64,000 nucleotides of DNA, from positions 295,915 through 359,914 of the forward strand of contig CAVXAT010000001.1 of NCBI GenBank assembly GCA_963759805.1, in the 5' to 3' direction. The stretch comes from an uncultured bacterium. GTDB taxonomy: Bacteria > Babelota > Babeliae > Babelales > RVW-14. The notes under the pieces were generated by a model that had not been told where the DNA came from, did no database searches, and saw only the letters and a program-made list of their open reading frames with translations. Shown here one piece after another: positions 60,352 to 64,000 of the stretch; within the stretch, counting starts at the first letter, position 1, and the number at the start of each line of letters is the position of its first letter. The translations under genes and the position numbers were made by a program.

Positions 60352-61328
60352 CAGCCCAGATTGCCTGGGCACCGACGTATCCATCTATGAATTTTTAGGC
60401 CTGCATTATTTCAATTGATTTTAGAAGTCTTTATAGGATATGGTAAGGGATAGGGTGCGAGTATTGAACCGTTACAACTCTTAAAATTTGATAAACAGAG
60501 CTAAGAGGATTAATTTATGAAGTTTTCTAAATACAATTTTTTATTTTATATGCTGGCTTTTTTACCCGCTTGCACATTCTTCAAGTCAGACATTAAAGAG
60601 ATCAACTCAGTCAAAGAAGTTAAATCTGTTTTTGATCGAGCATCTCAAAACGACCTGTTCGTATTTGATATTGATCAAGTGATTTTGGAACCGTCAGAAC
60701 CTGTCATGCAAGCGCAATTTTACGATAACCCTGAATTTAAAAAAATAATCGACAATTTCTATGCATTTTTTATGGCAAAGAAAAATGGTGAAAAACATTG
60801 GGATTTGTTTTTCAGTAAAATGAGACTAAAAGTTAAGGCTCAGCCAATTGAACAAAAATTGATTGATAACATTTTGGCACTGCAAAAAAGAAACATAAAA
60901 GTGATTGCCCTAACAGCGCTTGAACCTGGTAAAGTTGGCGTGATAGATCGTTTGGAAGATTGGCGATACAAGCAGCTTTTGGGTCTTGGGCTTGATTTTA
61001 GTTCAAGCTTTGCCGCTCAAGATATCGCATTGGATGAGTTACAAAAAACTGAACCTGCTGCAAAATTTAAAGCCAAAAATGGAGAGAATCCACGTTCAGC
61101 AGTTTTTTATAAAGGCATAGCATGCACCGGTTGTTTCCCAAAGGGCATTGTTTTAAAAGCCTTTCTTGAAAAAGTCAAATGCAAACCTTCACATATATAT
61201 TTCTTTGATGATAATCGTAAAAATGTTGAATCTGTCATTGAGGAAATGAAGAAAATGGGAATTCGATGCCAAGGTTTTGTTTATAAAGCTGCTACATTCA
61301 ATCAGCCAATGGATGGGCTTGATATAGA

Positions 61329-62494
61329 CAGGACTTCCTCAAAATAACAAACTGCCTGATCTAGTCTGATCTACAAAAAAAATGTACTCTCTCAGAAGGG
61401 TTTGATCGTACAAATCAAAATCTGAGGAGAGTACAATGCTTTATTCAAGCACAGTTCTAAAATATCCAGTCTTAACATTGTTGTCTAGAGGCAAGAGAAG
61501 CTTCGAAAATATGGGATTACTAATTCAGCGAAGTGGTGACACTGTAAAAAGGTTGCTACATCCAGCAGCGCACAGCTTCAATATATCAAGAAGCATTTGC
61601 CAATCTATGTTTGCAAAAAATGAAATTTTATGTGTAGGCATTGATGATACCTTGTTGCGAAAAATTTATTCGAGATTTATGCAGGGTGCTGGAATGTTCT
61701 TTGATACGAAAATTGGTCGCAGTATCATGGCTTACAAGTTGGTGATTGGCATAATCACAGATGGTAAATTTGCAATCCCAATCGATTGTGCGTACATTTT
61801 TGCAAAAGAAATTCTCGATTCAATCGACGAAAAATTTCCAACAAAAGATGAAATTGCAAAATCATTTGTAAAAACAGCCATAAAACTTTTCCCAGACAAG
61901 AAAATAATTGTGGTTGTTGATGGACTTTACACATCAGTCGAGTTTGTACGATGGTGCAAGCTCGAAAACATCAAACTGGAGGCTCGAATGCATAGCAATC
62001 GCGTTGTTGAATACGATGGCGAGCGAATTAAAATCAAAGATCTTTTGAAGAAAAATGGATTGCGGCCCTTGGGCCGCCAGATGGCTCGTACAATATCTGT
62101 CGCTTGGCATTCAATTGATCTAGAGCTTACAATCGTGCGTCGTTTTGACAAAAAAGGCAGAGAATCGATTGTCTTTCAAGTGGCAACATATAAAGCTTTG
62201 CCTCGTGAACATGTTGCAAACTATAAAAAACGATGGAAAGTTGAAGAGCTGAACAGAACCACAAAACAAGAAATCGGGTTGCAAGAATGTTTTTCTAGAT
62301 CGCTTGAAACACAGCACAATCATGTAGCGTCTGTGCTTTTGGCTTATGCGTTTGCCCAGCTGGAGCGCAAATTTTCTAGACTTGATAACGTAGAACAAGC
62401 GCTCAGACGGTTTGAGACGAAAACTGTGAACTTTTTAATTGATAGATTTTCTAGATTTTCAAAGGGCTTTCAGCACTTTGATGCGTGAGTCCTG
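61329..62494 (+). mobile_element. IS4-like (IS701/ISH3-type) insertion sequence, 1166 bp
   Basis: Ends CAGGACT/AGTCCTG; 6-bp target duplication TATAGA (61323-61328 and 62495-62500). Confidence 0.9.
61436..62488 (+). CDS. DDE transposase
   Basis: GIDDT, VVDGLY, YKKRWKVEELNRTTKQ. Confidence 0.9.
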   Translation: MLYSSTVLKYPVLTLLSRGKRSFENMGLLIQRSGDTVKRLLHPAAHSFNISRSICQSMFAKNEILCVGIDDTLLRKIYSRFMQGAGMFFDTKIGRSIMAYKLVIGIITDGKFAIPIDCAYIFAKEILDSIDEKFPTKDEIAKSFVKTAIKLFPDKKIIVVVDGLYTSVEFVRWCKLENIKLEARMHSNRVVEYDGERIKIKDLLKKNGLRPLGRQMARTISVAWHSIDLELTIVRRFDKKGRESIVFQVATYKALPREHVANYKKRWKVEELNRTTKQEIGLQECFSRSLETQHNHVASVLLAYAFAQLERKFSRLDNVEQALRRFETKTVNFLIDRFSRFSKGFQHFDA

Positions 62495-62664
62495 TATAGA
62501 AGTCGCACGTTTTCAACATGAGTTGATGAAGCAACGTAACGACGATGATTATATAAGCTACTTTGAGGCAAAGAAAATTTTAGAACAACAGAAGGGTTTA
62601 AATAAAGAGCATGCACAACCAATTCAATGCACACCGTAAGGAAGTCGATTAGTTGAATGCTTCA

Positions 62665-64000
62665 TTATATCTTCTTCTCCAATGTTTCATTAAGAAAGCT
62701 TAGAACCTCTTTCCACGCTTGCTTGTCCGCACGCGCATTGCCCTGCGCAGTTCCGCCTACAGTTTCCCAAGCTTTTGCTACAGGATGATAATAGGGGCGA
62801 CCAGGTGTTGGACCATATGGGTTTTGCACTCCGTGCCCAGCATCCGGAAACTGGAGATGTTTTCTTATAATTGTAGATTTTTTCTTATCTAAACGTTCCA
62901 TAACAAGATTGCTGAACAAAGTTGAAGGCCACATTTTGTCATCTTGCCCAGAAATAAGTAGTATTGGGCACGTGATTTTTTCAACAGGAATTGTTGCGGC
63001 TTCAACATCTTCGCTAAATTTTTTCATCAGATATAAAAAATTAGAAGTATTTTCTTCAGGATCATCAAATGTTCCCTTGTGGGCAGGAACAAGTCCTTGC
63101 TTAGCAGCTTCAAGCATTTCTTCATCAGAAGGTCTTTTTATAAATGGTATTGGCTGATTTTTGTATGTCCAAGCTGGTTTATTTCCATCTGACATTCCAG
63201 CCCACACTATGCCACTTGGTACATACGCAACAACTGCTTGCATCTGCTCAGGAAATGTTGCGGCCAGAAGAAGAACTAATTCGCCTCCTCGAGAACGACC
63301 ACAAATAGCTACATGGTTTTTATCTACCTGTGGCTGTTTTTTAAACCACTGCATTGCATTTTGAAAGTATTCCAAAGGAATGTTTTCCAAGCCTCTGGGT
63401 AGACCTTCGACTCGAAAAAATCCCAAGGCAAGTACGGCATATCCATGAGATGCAAGTAGTTGAGAGATATCTTCTGGAATTCTGCCACCTGATCCACCAA
63501 CAACAAGAACACCAGGACCATTTTGCATGTTTTTGGGATAAAATAAGGTTCCAACGATACCTTCTTCACGGATTTCTTTTCTTTCTACATCGGATGATAC
63601 AGACAGTCGATGTATTGTTTTTTGAGCCCTTAGTTTACTTTTTAAAAAAACAGATAAAAAAATTTCATTGGTATTTAATGGGCCCGTTCACTGTAAAATT
63701 TCTTTGTCAGCAGGTGCTATCGACCAGATTAATCCCATCGGATCTACGCCGCTGTATGATCCTGAAATGGGTGCTTGCTTGGCTACATTCACTACTCCTT
63801 TTCATCAGCCTGAAACGTTGCTCGTGAAGTCCAAGCATTGTTGTCTTTATCTTTGCATGAAGCCTCAATTACAATTTGTGCATTAGCTGGAAGATTTGAG
63901 ATGGAAATTTCAACAGACTCATCAATTAATGGCTTTTCTGGGGTTACAAAAATTTTGGGTGTGATTCTTCCATAGAGAAAAATAAAAACCAATATACTAA
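62665..64000 (-). pseudogene. Acyl-CoA thioesterase/BAAT-family alpha/beta hydrolase with frameshifts in its 5' part; start probably outside the window
   Basis: GRSRGGE nucleophile, DDKMWPS, DAGH; the N-terminal BAAT domain (ATFQADE..G.V...GSYSGVDPMGL) is broken near 63800 and 63640-63690. Confidence 0.8.

Larger units (their letters stand above)
60517..62639 (+). pseudogene. DUF2608-like HAD-fold lipoprotein interrupted by an IS
   Basis: VFDIDQV, ALTA, KG, FFDD motifs; removing the IS plus one TATAGA restores GLDIEVARFQHEL...CTP*. Confidence 0.85.

Noticed and set aside
1..64000. tRNA, rRNA, riboswitch or prophage genes
   Set aside because: None recognised by eye; the GC-rich structured islands lack tRNA D/T-loop consensus and belong to the repeat family. 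A tRNAscan/Infernal run would be needed to exclude them formally.

Overview
AT-rich bacterial chromosomal segment, genetic code 11. It most resembles an obligate intracellular protist parasite of the Ca. Dependentiae (TM6/Babelota) type. That assignment is inferred from gene content (ankyrin and RING proteins with signal peptides, a DUF2608-like gene, many secreted orphans), not from a database search. A dif-like XerCD site at 782-809 suggests the window starts at the replication terminus. Nearly all housekeeping genes (ruvC, dnaB, rplI, metK, ileS, murB, maf, dprA, gyrA, pgpA, pgsA, yicC, yebC, a CDP-sugar operon) lie on the minus strand pointing toward that site. Accessory content: three IS elements with mappable ends, each interrupting a gene; a vapBC-like TA pair; an AAA/DUF4143 ATPase; and a eukaryote-like ubiquitin toolkit (an RBR ligase, a RING-H2-ankyrin protein, two ankyrin-RING-RING proteins and a candidate papain-fold deubiquitinase). 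Most striking: (1) a GC-rich family of small palindromic modules, mostly 30/33/36 bp, that nest inside each other and sit in frame inside four proteins, including DprA and an Lnt-like protein; (2) a MetK with an apparent Sec signal peptide; (3) a recurrent Ala-Met motif at predicted signal-peptide cleavage sites. Frameshifts or stops in gyrA, the RBR gene leader, the IS982 transposase and a BAAT-like gene may be real decay or assembly errors.
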